Shown: one piece after another, positions 26,893 to 39,887 of the stretch
How positions within the stretch are numbered: position 1 is the stretch's first letter
Layout of the letters: each line of letters begins with the position of its first letter
NCBI GenBank assembly: GCA_964016885.1
Contig: OZ024745.1
Span: forward strand, 101,618,001-101,682,000
Length of the DNA: 64,000 bases
Origin: Eledone cirrhosa
Taxonomy: Eukaryota
Reading direction: 5' to 3'
Notes under the pieces: model-generated
Told to the model about the DNA's origin: nothing
The model's input: the letters and a program-made list of their open reading frames with translations, nothing else
The model's database searches: none
Translations under genes and position numbers: made by a program

Positions 26893-27083
26893 ATAATTGT
26901 TTCTACTTTTGGCACAAGACCAGCAATTATCCCAGCGCATTACTGGTACTTTATTTTATCGACCCCCATAAGGATGAAAGGTAAAGTTAACCATCGCAGG
27001 ATTTGAACTCAAACCATAGAAGGCTGTAACTCATTGCTACATAGCAGGGTGTCCAACCCTCTACGCATACTGCCAATCCACCA
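26893..27083 (-). mobile_element. Meta-like tRNA-derived SINE
   Basis: Homologous to 3264-3453. Confidence 0.85.
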
Positions 27084-27215
27084 AAAAATAATAGTTATTT
27101 TACTAGGATATATTAAATCTAAAATATATCATCATCATTTAACATGTTTTCCTTGTTAGTAAGTGTGTGTGTATGTATATATATAGCTAAAACATTCAAT
27201 ATTCTGATATTTTAG

Positions 27216-27380
27216 TGGCAAGAAGAAATAGATTCTTCCTGGATCAGAATTACATGAAAGAACTGGAAAATGACATACGAAGCAGACATAGACAGCGCCA
27301 GACACCACTTACTAAAAGGTCTCGGAAAAGATGGAATATAAAATCAATCAAGTCACATCTTGCCGGAATGGATGAAGAAG
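27216..27380 (+). CDS. KATNIP: Katanin-interacting protein exon (MARRNRFF...KRSRKRWNIKSIKSHLAGMDEE)
   Basis: tttag|...|gttagt, phase 1/1, open frame; RKRWNIKSI resembles the recalled human RRGWHQKSV. Confidence 0.85.
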
Positions 27381-28119
27381 GTTAGTAATAGTAAAATCTA
27401 ACATAGTTGTATATTCATCTATTGATACCAGTACTGTAACTCTTTCACAGATAATATATTCTTTTTATAAATATTGTTATGTCTTTCAAGGAATTTTGAA
27501 AATTATTCAGAATTTGGCTGACTTTTATTTATTAATGTATTGATGTATTGAACTGACATTTCGTTTTCAACTTACATGGCTAACAACATTTATCTATTGA
27601 AATCTCTTCTTATTATTCATGTAATAACATGATTTTGTTTTTCAGGTGGGTTGGTAATATGAGACTATGATTTAGAGCCCAGGGTCAATCTCAGACAGAA
27701 AAAACTTAAATAACTGTGACAGCTAGTTTTTAAGAACCTAATATTGATTAACTTCAAGCATGATTTTACAGTTACCTTTCTTATTATAAGCTACTATATC
27801 CTATAATGTTTGTTGTGTGATATTTTACATCTCTAGCAACCTAAGTCTGTGGAGGCTTGTTAAATATCCAAGGTTTGGTTGTATTTCCTTTATGTTACAA
27901 TTTCTTGCAGTTGTAAACATTATATACATAACATAAACACAGGCATGGCTGTGTGTTTATGGAAGTCATTTTACAACCTCATTATTTTAGATTCAGTCCC
28001 ACTGCATGACACTTTAGGCAAATGTCTTTTTCTATAGCCCCAAGTGAAATTTGGTAAATGGAAACTGTGGATGTCCATCATATATATGAGTTTTGTCAGA
28101 ACAGAAACATGACTGGAGT

Positions 28120-28760
28120 TCCAAAAAAATATTTCAAATCTAAACTACAAACTACAAGTCTTCCCTTTGAAAATAATCACCCTCAAATCCAATGCACTTT
28201 CTCCCATCTTTCTCTGCCATGCCTCCATGCACATCAGGAACGATTCTCCTGGAATTCTACGCAGCTCTGTCATCATGGCCCTTTTGACGGCTTCCACATT
28301 CAGAAACCAGGTCGTACTTGAAGAACCATGACTGGTTCAGTCTCAAGACTCTCGAGGATGTCCCTAACACACCTGCATCTGCCGCTCTTTCTGGTCATTG
28401 TTCAGCACCTTCAACACCATCTTCCGCATATCCAAATCTTCGGTGATAATCTTCCAAATGCTGTTGCGGTTCATGCCCAACTCCCTTGCGATCAGTTAAA
28501 CAGTTTTTAGCCAACGATTGCCACACACCACCTGCCTTGTGTGCTCAAAGTTGGCCTCAGTTTTGCAAATTGAAGGCCTTCCACTCCTGGGGTTGTTTTT
28601 CACTTTTTGTACTACTTGAAAATCTGTGAGTGTGACATCATCTCATCTCTGTACACCTACTGCAGTATTCCGAGTTGATTCTGATGGAGTTTTCCCCAGC
28701 TGGACCAGAAACTTTAGACTGGTTCGTTGGCCTGTGCCCATCACTCTACGGCCTAAAATT
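28120..28760 (-). mobile_element. Decayed mariner/Tc1 transposase remnant
   Basis: Minus strand: SGRPS followed by ELGMNRNSIWKIITEDLDMRKMVLK (HTH region and linker). Confidence 0.6.
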
Positions 28761-28964
28761 GAGGATCTGTTAATAAAAGCATATGAAAATAATATACAAT
28801 GGTTGCAGAGAGCTGAGATTGTAGTTATATATTACCTGGATACTACATTACACAGTGATGCAACCCACTAATCCCTAATACACTCATAGCTCATACAGCA
28901 CACTAAGTCCTCTTTCTTTTCTGATATACTGCTTATTGATTATATATATATATATATATACAAG

Positions 28965-29745
28965 AAAGATAGATGAGACAATTAAGGCCAAAAGACAGGC
29001 TTGGAAAGAATGGTAAAATGGGGATAGTAGAGAAATCTACCAGAATGGTAGGTGACAAGTATATCTTGGGAAGCAGAAAACAAAAAATTTAAGCAGGTTT
29101 TGCAGAATGAGGACCAAATGTGTGAGGTGTTCAGGATCGCAATGCAGTGTGTCAGGGAAAATTGTGATGTTGGTGGAGAGAAGTGTGTCCAAAATGATTA
29201 TGGCAAGGTCTGTTCTCACTGACGCTGAAAAGAAGGTAGCATGGAAGTGCCACTATGAAAGATTACTGAAAGAGGAGAATGTATGGGAAGAAAATATTGT
29301 ACCCCATGTCGCCCCAACAGAGGAACCACTGTGTAAGTCAGCAGTAGTATAGTAAGTAAGGCAATCAAGGCAATCAAGGATGTGAAATCAGGCAGAGCAG
29401 CTGGACCCTCAGGGATAGTTACTAAGATGCTGAAAAGTTCAGGTATGGTGGGCTACTCCATAGTCTCCTGCATTTAAACTAAGTTATACAAAATGATGTC
29501 ATACCTAATGATTGGCGTAGCAGCATCATTGTCAACTGCTACAATGGCAAAGGTGATGCAGAGGTATCAAGTTGGTTGACCATGTTATGAAGGTCACACA
29601 ACTGATTAGGGAACGAGTTAACCTAGATGTGATGCAGTTTGGATTTGTACCAGCTAAAAGTGCCACATATACTCTCTTCCTTGTTAGGCAACTGCAGAAG
29701 TACCTAGCTAAAGGTAAACCCCTCTACTTGGCTTTCATGGACCAC
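28965..29745 (+). mobile_element. Decayed RTE LINE fragment
   Basis: KKVAWKCHYERLL, AAGPSGIV, MQFGFVP remnants, homologous to 60643-62283. Confidence 0.85.
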
Positions 29746-30127
29746 ATTTGATCTCTTTTCCCCTTTTTGTTACTGATATTGACCATCCTTCTGGAAACAT
29801 TTTACCTAATCTTTATTTTTTTTTTTTAGAAGATCTCCCCGCTCTCCATAAAAAGAGACCCTTCCCAGCACCAATTATTCCACAAGAATTTAATTATCGA
29901 CCCTAACAAACTAACAAACTCAAACATTTTTAATAACAGAAAATAGCATACTTCCCTTGCATTTAGACTGAAGTGTCTGTATAATGATATTGGTTCTTAG
30001 ATCATGTATGAACATGAAATAATGTATGTGTTAATGAATATTGAATTATGTAACTGTACTATATGCATATTCTTTGAGTATACAAACATACACACACATG
30101 TGTATTTGTTTTTAATTCACTTCACAG

Positions 30128-30204
30128 AAAACTGCAGAGTAAGCTATGAAGATGATTTTGAATCAGAAGATAGTTTAAGCAGTAGTGACTTTGAAGATGA
30201 CAAG
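30128..30204 (+). CDS. KATNIP: Katanin-interacting protein exon (ENCRVSYEDDFESEDSLSSSDFEDDK)
   Basis: cacag|...|gtaatg, phase 1/0; YEDDFE resembles the recalled human YSDDFE. Confidence 0.85.
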
Positions 30205-31335
30205 GTAATGTCTAATATTTCTCTTATTTCATTTCTTTTTCCCAATATTCATCACTAGCTCTATTCCCATCATCCCCTGCAGCTCCTCGATCTCTTCGAG
30301 TATAACAACACTGGACAACGTCATTCTTGATATATAAAATGATGGGATGATTACATCGCAGATGCCTTTGTTTGTAATATCTGCTTGACCAGAACTGATC
30401 TGGGGCTAAACCACGACAACAACAACGGCAACAACTTTATAATACACCAAATATTTCTAATGAAAATCTTTTCAAGACCTAGCACTAAAACATAAAATTG
30501 AAACATTGCTATAAAATTTCATTTTGCCAATAATTTCTGTACAGTTTCCATAGCAACAAATGTATTTGGTAGACATTTCTAACCCTTTGGAAACAATGGA
30601 AAAGTTTGTATGAAATAAAAGTAACATATGCAGTGAAATGTTCGTTAATTTTATATCCCCTTTTTATTACTTGTTGATAATTAAATTTTATTACATTGGA
30701 AAATAACAACCAATCAAACTAACAAACAAACGACATCTTGAAAACAATTTCAGATATAATTAAAATAGAATCTAGAAATTAATTACATTAATACATAAAA
30801 TATTAACATTTTCTCTCTTCCTTTTATTTTCCAATACTTCTATTTATAATGATAAATCTTTTTTGTTTTTTCTTCACTTTCTTGAATTAAATGTTATTAA
30901 ATTTTTTTTTCTTTTTCTGTTAGAGTTTAGAATTTTATTAATAAATTTTATTATTTCTACTTGCAAATTTTAATTGTGGTTTTATTTATTTTTTATTTTT
31001 CAATATTTCTTTCTCAATTTTTATGATGATTTTTTTTTTATTGCTACTGCCCCCTTTCCCTTAAATATTTCATTCTGTGTTATATATATATATATATATA
31101 TATAAAACCTCAAGTGGGACAAACCCGTCCAACCCATGCTAGCATGGAAGATGGACATTAAACGATGAGAATGATGATATATATATATTTAAAAGGATTT
31201 TCTGTTGCTACCGCCCCTTTTCTCTTAAATATTTAATTCTGTGTCATATATATATATTAAATGATTTTCTATTGCTACCATCCCCTTTCCCTTAAATATT
31301 TCATTCTGTGTTATATTTATTTATTTATTTTAAAG

Positions 31336-31467
31336 GATTTGATTGATTCTTTCACTGAGGAAGAGTGTTTTAAGGTGCAAAGTCTAGAGAACAAACTGAA
31401 CAATAATAATTTCCAACGGAATTCACCAGAGCATAAAAAATTGACACTAAGCATTGCAGATATTAAG
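31336..31467 (+). CDS. KATNIP: Katanin-interacting protein exon (DLIDSFTEEE...LTLSIADIK)
   Basis: aaag|...|gtaagt, 132 nt, phase 0/0, open frame. Confidence 0.8.
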
Positions 31468-32162
31468 GTAAGTTTTATATCCAAAGAAAGCTGTAAAAAG
31501 AAGTTTTTTTTTTTTGTTTTTCATTTTATAAATTGTGCATATGGGTCTTTTTTTTTTTATTTTATTCTTTTACTGATTTCAGTCATTAGACTTTGGCCAT
31601 GTTGTGGCACCCTCTCAGACGAATGTAATCAGTCATATAAGTCTGGTACTTATTTTTCTCTTATACCTGTTCCAGCTGACAGATTGAGGCTATGCTGGGC
31701 CATTGAACTGCCTAATTTATAGGACATAAACTGATATAGATACACACACACACACACATATATATATGCACACACAAACACACACGTCTGTAGACACATT
31801 GGTAAACTTGTTAACATTATTTGTTCCAGCTGTCGACACTCTTAGTTCAAATCCCACCAAGGTCAACCTGCTGCTAATCCTTGAGAAGGTAGCGGGGAAT
31901 AGAGGATTGGAGAAATTGTTAAAACTTGGATGGGATAGTTTTGCTACGAGTTGGAACTGGCAAATAATATCAACGATCATATGATGTGATGATCAGTTTT
32001 TGTTTTCTTTTTCCTATCCACAATGGGCTTCCATACAATTTCTGCCAACTAAATTTCATTTACAAGGCATTGGTCAGCCCATGTCTATTGTAAAAGACAC
32101 TTTGGGACCTAAAACCATGTAGTTGGGAAGTGAGCTCCAAGTGTACATAACCCCCACCTCTC

Positions 32163-32203
<41 letters not shown>

Positions 32204-32297
32204 AAAATTAAATTAAGGGTTGTCATGTCTGAGAGACATGTGCCAAATCCACTGTAGAATAAGCTCAAAGATTCCAATGAATAGATCCGAGAATTTC

Positions 32298-32583
32298 ATA
32301 TCAACTAGAAATAGATTGACATATATATATATATATAAAATAAACATATGGAACAATCACAGGGAATAATTTGTAAAGAATGTAAGCACACATAGCTAGG
32401 TAGGTAACCAATTAAAGTTTAACTAGAACTTCAAATATAGATACCTTTTAAAATGATTAATCTGATTAATCATTTTAAAAGGTATCTATATTTGAAGTTC
32501 TAGTTAAACTTTAATTAGTTACCTACCTAGCTATGTGTGCTTACATTCTTTACAAATTATTCCCTGTGATTGTTCCATATGTT

Positions 32584-32615
<32 letters not shown>

Positions 32616-32638
32616 CTCAATCTATTTCTAGTTGATAT
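32298..32638. repeat. Near-perfect ~340-bp palindrome centred on 32463 (1-nt loop)
   Basis: ...aaatgattaatc-t-gattaatcattt...; arms differ by about 2 substitutions and TA-tract length; a homologous single arm lies at 53475-53765. Confidence 0.92.
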
Positions 32639-32915
32639 CATCATCATCATCATCACTGTTATAGTCCGTTCTTCCATGCTAGCATGGGTTAGACTGGTTG
32701 TCTTGTTGTGGGCAGTGTCTGGTCGGCTGACCATGCCTTGCTCATACAGGAACTGATTTTGGCTTGATTTCTACAGCTGGATGCCCTTCCTAACACAAAC
32801 CTCATTTACAGTGAGTGCTGGGTGCTTTTTTCCGTGGTGCCTACACATCCACTTTACAGTGTGGGATGGGTGCTTTTTTGCCGTGGCACCTCCACAACCA
32901 CTTCACAGTGGGAGG
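32637..32915 (-). mobile_element. SINE 3' module with RTE-derived tail (TAGGAAGGGCATCC motif, (TGA)n end)
   Basis: Homologous to 36130-36295 and 42370-42438. Confidence 0.75.
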
Positions 32916-32984
32916 GCGTAGGGGCATATTGTCTATATGCTTCAGCTTCGGCTTGTACCCATGGGAGGTCGGATACTCTATATT

Positions 32985-34455
32985 ACTGCGTGATCGGTGG
33001 TCGGGTACTCTATATTACTAATTCGGTCACCTAGGTAGCAGAAGCTTCAACTGTTTCTACAGAGCCCTCCCAGAGATTGGTGGTACTTGTTTCCTGTGGC
33101 TGTTTGTTGCTTGCTGTCCCAGCACAGCTGCTACATGTGAAGCCTACATTCTTAGTTAAGCTTCCTGAGATCCTGCGACATCTCTTGTGTACCCATTGTT
33201 TGCATTTGGGGCAGCGAATGGAGTTCCTACCTACACCTTTCCTACATACTGAGCAAGGCCATTTCCCTGAGGGGATCTGGGTTCTGTTTTCTCGTCTACT
33301 TACAAGAACCTTAGTCTTTGTCGGGTTGACTTTGAGACCCTTTCTTTCTAGTCCCTGCTTCCAAGTTTGGAATTTCTTCTCTAGTTCTACCATAGATTCA
33401 GCTATAAGTGCGAGGTCATCTGCATACAGGAGTTCTCATGGGAATCCGGTCTTAAACTCCTCTGTTATTGCCTGCAGGACTATGATGAGCAGGAGAGGGC
33501 TAAGAACAGAGCCCTGGTGGACATCGACCTGTACGCTAAATTCCTCGCTATACTCATTGCTAATCCTAACTTTGCTGTCTGCTCCCCTATACATGGCTTG
33601 TACAGCTTTCACAAGCCATTCATCTACTCCTAGTTTTCTAAGAGCCCACCAGATTATAGCACGTAGAACTCTGTCAAAGGCTTTCTCGAGATCGACGAAT
33701 GTCAGGTAGAATGGCTTACTTTTAGCTAGGTACTTTTCCTGTAATTGCCTCACAAGGAAGAGGGCATCAGTGGAGCCTCTTCCTGGTACAAACCCAAATT
33801 GCATCTCATCTAGTGTCACACGGTCCCTAATCAACTGTGCTATAACCCTTTCTGTTACTTTCATGACCTGGTCCATCAGCTTTATACCTCTATAGTTTCC
33901 TCTATCTAGTACATCACCTTTACCTTTGTAGCAGTTGGCAATGATGCTACTGCACCAATCTTTTGGTATGACACCTAGTATTACCTGGTTAACAATACGT
34001 GTGGTTATAGTGTGACCTACAGACCCAGATGCCTTCAGCATCTCGGCAGCTATACCTGATGGACCGGTTGCCTTCCCCATCTTCATATCTTTGATTGCCT
34101 TACTTACTACGCTGCTGCTGACTTGTACTGCTGGCCCCTCTATAGGGTCTACTTGGGGTAGGGTCTCTTCTTCCCATGCATTCTCCTGATTTAGTAATCT
34201 ATCATAATGGCTCTTCCATGCATCTTTCTTCTCAGCACTTGTGAGGGCAAGCTCACCTTTACCATTCTGGATACACTTCTCTCCAATGACATCACAATTC
34301 TCTCTGATACACTGCCTCGCAATCTTGAACACCTCCTGTTTATGGTCCTCATGTTGCAAAACATGCTTGAATTTCCTATCCTCTGCTTCCCTCCTAGCTA
34401 AATATACTTGTCGCCTAGCTTCCCTCCTGGTCTCTCTGTAATGTACCCTGCTTGC
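32985..34455 (-). mobile_element. RTE LINE fragment (RT plus PHD-like Cys cluster)
   Basis: NYRGIKL, QFGFVPGRGSTDA, FVDLEKAFDRV, HQGSVLSPLL, KWPCSVC...CPKCKQWVHKRC. Confidence 0.93.
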
Positions 34456-34481
34456 CCTATATATATATATATATATATATA

Positions 34482-34645
34482 TCATCATCATCATCAGGTC
34501 GAGCTTGCTCGGCTTTCTATGACACATTTCCTCCATCCATCTCTGTCTCTCATAGCATTTGCCAGTTCTTCCGCAGTGCATCCAGTATCGTCCTCAAGCT
34601 GCTTGACGTATGTCTTCTTGGGACGACCAGTGTTTCTTGCACCAT
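34482..34645 (-). mobile_element. Non-LTR (RTE-X-like) 3' end
   Basis: GRPKKTYVKQLEDDTG...MRDRDGWRK* followed by a (TGA)n tail. Confidence 0.7.
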
Positions 34646-34646
34646 G

Positions 34647-34730
<84 letters not shown>

Positions 34731-34744
34731 AGTAAAATAGAACA

Positions 34745-34997
34745 AAGGGAAACCAGAGTAACAAGTCATTGAAGAGGTCACATAATGTGTGACAAAAGAG
34801 CTTTGATAATAGACAATTAAACAACCATCCGGTTACCAAACTAACCAATGAATGGATTAGTTACCCAAATAATAATAAACTGAAGTTAAACTCAGCTAGT
34901 GTGTGAATGTGTGTGTGAGTTATTGACAGCATGAATCTTCCAAAGTATAACAATATCTGTTTCAACAGGCGATTTCATATTGGAATTTTACCTGCCC
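34745..34997 (+). mobile_element. Solo Penelope pseudo-LTR with degenerate hammerhead
   Basis: gtca-TTGAAGA-G-GTCACA..TGTGAC-AAAA-gagc-TT-tgat is homologous to 44570-44612; its 3' part is homologous to the reverse complement of 42558-42610. Confidence 0.65.
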
Positions 34998-35186
34998 TAT
35001 ATATATATAAGTATGTATAGTGTCTCTGAAGTGAGTTAAAAGTCAGATATATGAGTGACCAAGCTGTAGAATGTTTACAGAGCAATCTTTATTAATTATC
35101 AAACATTGTTTCTGCCATTACTTCAAGTCCTGTATAATTGTATTATTCTGCTATCAGAGTTTCCTTTGTCATTATTTTTATCATAG

Positions 35187-35252
35187 AAACTAAAAGTCTC
35201 CCTTGAAATGAACTTTGACCTCAGAAAAAGCATTATGGAAGAACTGAGCTCT
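35187..35252 (+). CDS. KATNIP: Katanin-interacting protein exon (KLKVSLEMNFDLRKSIMEELSS)
   Basis: catag|...|gtaagt, 66 nt, phase 0/0; resembles the recalled human ELRKSLELSVNLQRK. Confidence 0.82.
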
Positions 35253-35339
35253 GTAAGTAAACATATTTTCAGTTAAAATAACTTTTCTTAATTATTATTT
35301 TGGGAGGTGTGGGATATTTAATTTGTTGGTAGAAATTTT

Positions 35340-35681
35340 GTGAACTAGAATTTTCTTGCTTATGTGTATGTATGTGTATATGCATACATTTATATGTATA
35401 AGTATATAAATATAAATGTGCAAACAGAGACATACACAAATACACACTCATAGACATGCATTCACACAAATACACATTCATTTGCATACACACACACACA
35501 CACACAAAATTTACACAAACACTCTCATACACATACACTCACACACATCATAGCAAATGGAAAGCCAGCTGCTGTTTTGCTATAGTTTTTTCACCGCCCC
35601 CTTCTTTTACACATACATACATTCACACAAACACACACACACTTGTGTGACAGATGGAAGTCGCACAAATTTATATATAGA
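35340..35681 (-). mobile_element. Non-autonomous Helitron-like element, same 5' end as 3740
   Basis: Minus strand A|TCTATATATAAATTTGTGCGACTTC followed by a (TG)-rich body. Confidence 0.55.
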
Positions 35682-36084
35682 TGAACTATTTTGTTCTAAT
35701 TAACAACTATCTAGTTCTAGTTACCATTTGGTCAAGTAATATCTATCATATATGATTTTGATAACATATTTGTTACTGTACAATGTCTGCATGTGTACTA
35801 TATATTTTATATTTTGTATAAAAAACATCAACATGCTCTTTATATATTTTTGTGCTGGAAGTAAATATGTCGGCATACACATATGTGAGGGTGTGAAAAG
35901 GAAAAACAAATACAGGAGAATAACACATAGTAGGAAAACAGTTTTAATGTTTCATATGTCAGTCCTTCGTCACAAGAAAGAATTAGAGATAGAAGAAATG
36001 GTAGAAAGAAACGCACAAGGATAAGAAAAGGAAGAAATGGAAAAAATTATTTCAGAGGAAGAAAGCTTGTTTGTGTTTTTCATT

Positions 36085-36462
36085 TCATTCATTTTACATC
36101 TGCTTTTCCCTGCTTGCAACGGTGGGACGGGAACTGATTCTGGCTTGATTTCTACAGCTGGATGCCCTTCCTAACACCAACCTCATTTACAGTGAGTGCT
36201 GGGTGCTTTTTTTCTGTGGCGCCTACACGTCCACTTTACAGTGTGGGCTGGGTGCTTTTCTGCCGTGGCACCTCCACAACCACTTTGCAGTGGAATGATA
36301 GGGACCCCAGTCCTATCATCTCATTTCTACAGCTGAATAAACTGGAGCAATGTGAAATAAAGTGTCTTACTCAAGGAAACAACACATCACCCAGTCTGAA
36401 AATTGAACTCACAACCTTTTGATTGCAAGGCCAATGCTCTAACCACTAAGCCATGTGCCTCC
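36085..36462 (-). mobile_element. Full-length tRNA-derived CORE-like SINE with RTE-derived tail
   Basis: Head GGAGGCACATGGCTTAGTGGTTAG (A box), GAGTTCAATT (B-box-like), core CCTTGAGTAAGACACTTT; 3' end nearly identical to the RTE end at 48776-48818. Confidence 0.88.
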
Positions 36463-36490
36463 ATATTTATATTTAAACATGTGCCTCCAT

Positions 36491-36541
<51 letters not shown>

Positions 36542-36569
36542 CCTACAGTAACTGGACGTTGCAATCCTT

Positions 36570-36611
<42 letters not shown>

Positions 36612-36659
36612 CACACATATATATGATGAGCTTTCTTTTTTTGGTGGAGAGGGGGGGGG

Positions 36660-37420
36660 CACAAAGCAATTAAAAATATGAAGGTAGAGAAAGCAGTTGG
36701 ATCATCCAGTATGGTGGCCAAGATACCAAAAGCATCTGACATGGTAGGCTAACCACTGCACTTAGCTTTTGTTTATCTAGAGACGGCCTTTGGCAGAGTT
36801 CCTTGCTCATTAATTTGGTGGGTGGTAAGAAAATTAGGGGTAGATAAATGGTTCATGTGGGCTGTGCAAGCCATTTATGGTGGTGCAGCCAGCAAATTAG
36901 TAATGAGTGCTGTCATGAATTTGAAGTACAGGTGGAGGGCCACCAGAACTCAGTCTTTGGCCCACTTCTGTTTATCATTGTCCTTCAAACCATTAGGAGT
37001 TTAAAATTGGCATGTTATGAAAACTTTTGTATTCAGAGGATCTAGTCCTTATAGCTGAATCTGTGGGAGATTTAGAAGCAACATTCCAGGCGTTGGAGAA
37101 AGACCTAACAGTTAATCTAGCAAAACTAAAGACATAATAAGTATGAAGAGGACAGCCTATACCATCAGCGAAGTAGCCTTGCTCAGAGTGTCAAAAAGGA
37201 GTAGGCAGAAACTCTATAAAGTGTACACTGTGTAATCTATGGATGCACGAGAGATGTAGTAGCATTGCCAACAGGTTAATGGGAGAAGATAGACGCTAAA
37301 TACAGCACAGAATAAGTAAGCACTAAAAACACATGTGAAATTGATTTTTTCAGCTTCGAGGCTCTCTAGAAGTTCTTGACAGCTTTTATTACCCTGGGGA
37401 CCTATTCAGCAGTGGGGGAG
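36660..37420 (+). mobile_element. Decayed RTE LINE fragment
   Basis: FVYLETAFGRVP, RKLGVDKW, HQNSVFGPLLFIIVLQ remnants. Confidence 0.8.
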
Positions 37421-38622
37421 GATGCTATCTGTTCAATAACATTATTCTACATATCACACATCTAAAACTCTATATAACTTTTTGAGCCATCTGACCAGTT
37501 GTAGCTGTGACATGTTCTTGCTAACCATCCATGGCAGTGAATATGCTTCACCCTTGACTCATCTGAAATAGCTCAACAAACAACTCAAGTAATTTTAAGC
37601 AGGTTCCAATCGATGGCTAATTACTTCAATTTTTTGAGTGGTTCATATGTTGCAGCAGTTAAGACAAAGCACATGGAGTACAATGCCTGGTGAAATTCAT
37701 CCACCTCTTTCAACTTGCCATTTTTTACAATTTCTACAAGGCTACAATCAGAAATATGTGATGTCTTTGTGCATTGTGCAACCTCGAATTTCTCCTGCCT
37801 TCTGAACTGTAGTTGATCTTCTGGTCCATGTGAAGAAGATTTCTACCAAACTTTGCAGAATTCTCCTACCCACCACTCCTCAACCAAGATGGCTACAGAT
37901 ATCCCACATCTACTGCTTGCTTTACCTCCAATTCCACAATACTTTCCTTTGAAGTGATGCTGAAATCTTTGCTATTTTCTTTTGTCAATTCTGTTAATCA
38001 TCTATATTTCTTTAGTATTCAAATTTTAAATAAAGCCAATTTCCAAACAGATTTCTGTGACATTATGCAAAAAATAATGGGATAAATGATTTTTAAAAAA
38101 TAATCTCCAGTGCAATTTGTCTTAATATATTATAAAGCATTGAATGATTTTAATTTTTTTTTAAACCAATAGTATTTTGGGCATTGTGTACTTGTTATTG
38201 TTTTTTATAATAATCTACTGGTTACTCATTTCTTAAGTTGAAAATCTACCAGATTATCCCTAATCATATATTGTCTTCTTAAATCAAATCTGGGAAGTAA
38301 TCATTAAACTAAATTAAAATATTATTTTTTGTCATTGCTTTATATTTTTATATCTTTCTTCAAATTTCTTGGCTGTTATTCTTCTACATTTCCTGTTAAT
38401 GAAGCCTCACAACATTTTTGAAATAATCTTCACTAATCACTTAATAAAATTCTTAGATTACATTTATAATTACAATACAGTTAATGGAAAACACTTTGTA
38501 ATTACATGTATTTTTTTCTTAATTTTGATAGATAGCTTTTAAAATTCAGCTTTACATAATACTTAAAATTGAATTTGAAAAGGTTTGACTTTAATTTTTA
38601 ATGTATTGTTTTGCATTTAAAG

Positions 38623-38761
38623 GGGGAAGAATCAGATTGTTCAATTCCTGAAGAATTAAATGAGAATGACACAAATAACAGCATTTCAGGAAGTGTGAAT
38701 CTCCAGCAAAATTTCATGAAACCTGCAGATTTTATTGTTTTAGAATTTGGAACACCTTTTT
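38623..38761 (+). CDS. KATNIP: Katanin-interacting protein exon (GEESDCSIPEEL...DFIVLEFGTPF)
   Basis: aaag|...|gtaagt, phase 0/1; IVLEF resembles the recalled human VVLEF. Confidence 0.85.
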
Positions 38762-39526
38762 GTAAGTTGAACATAATTGTTTTGTATTTTTTTGTAAATC
38801 TTATGTATGTACGGTGGGTTGTTTAGTTGTCATTGTTGTGTGCAGTCGCTGGCAGTGTTATATAAGAAGTGAGAGGGAAGCTAGACATGAAGTAAGAAGA
38901 GTGAGCTACAGGGAGCTGAAAAGAAGAAATAGTTGGAACATATATATATATAATGTAATGTTAGTCAGGGAGAAAGGTGACCTGAAAAGACTGTTTAAGT
39001 TTAGTGAGATTGATGAGGTTAATATTAATTTTGAACAACTGCAAAGTTGTTGACTGCAGGAAAAACATAAGCAGGGAGGGGAACTACAAAATAGTGGTGA
39101 CAGTCTGCTATGTTAGAATTGAGGAATGAGATTTATCAGAGTGGTGGGGGCAAACAATATGGCTGATATGAAGAGGAGAAATGAATGCCAGGTTAGATTG
39201 GGTAGAGTGGGTACACAACTAGTTAATACCAAATGACATTGTAGTGGTGATAGAAAACACAGAATGAGAAGACAGTGCTTGTGTGGGTTAGTGACTCCAT
39301 GCCTTAGTTCAAGTAAAACAGAGTTATTATCTTGTCTTGTTTATGAACAATTAGTGTTTAACTTGAGATTAATAAACATATCCTATTCATTAGAAACTTT
39401 TTGTATCAATAATTTTATTGAATATGTTTTGTCATATTTGAATATCAGCTACTATTTGATTAGTTTATAGTGGGTTTCATCTTAAGTAACTGGGAACTGT
39501 TTTAATTATATCATACTTTGAATTTA

Positions 39527-39718
39527 ATAATTGTTTCTACGTTTGGCACAAGGCCAGCAATTACCCAGAGCATTACTGGTACTTTATTTTATCAACCCCG
39601 TAAGGATGAAAGGCAAAGTTAACCTCGGCAGGATTTGAACTCAGAATGGCAAGGGCCGTAACTCTATACGTCAAAGCATAACGTCCGACCCTCTACCGAT
39701 ACTGCCAATCCACCGCCC
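39527..39718 (-). mobile_element. Meta-like tRNA-derived SINE, full length
   Basis: A and B boxes; TSD tttgaatttaataat. Confidence 0.9.
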
Positions 39719-39887
39719 TTTGAATTTAATAATGATCTCTTGCCTCATTCTACCTCACTGGAAAATAGATACTATGTTCTCTTCAGAATTGATTGTTGAG
39801 TTAGAAAGGAGGAAAACAGCTTAAAACAATCATGAACTCATATCATCATAATCAGCATCATTATTATTTTCAACATCAAGTATATAT

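Noticed and set aside
35930-36065. Purine-rich exon-like stretch (VLRHKKELEIEE...)
   Set aside because: No consistent acceptor, donor or phase; the neighbouring exons join without it
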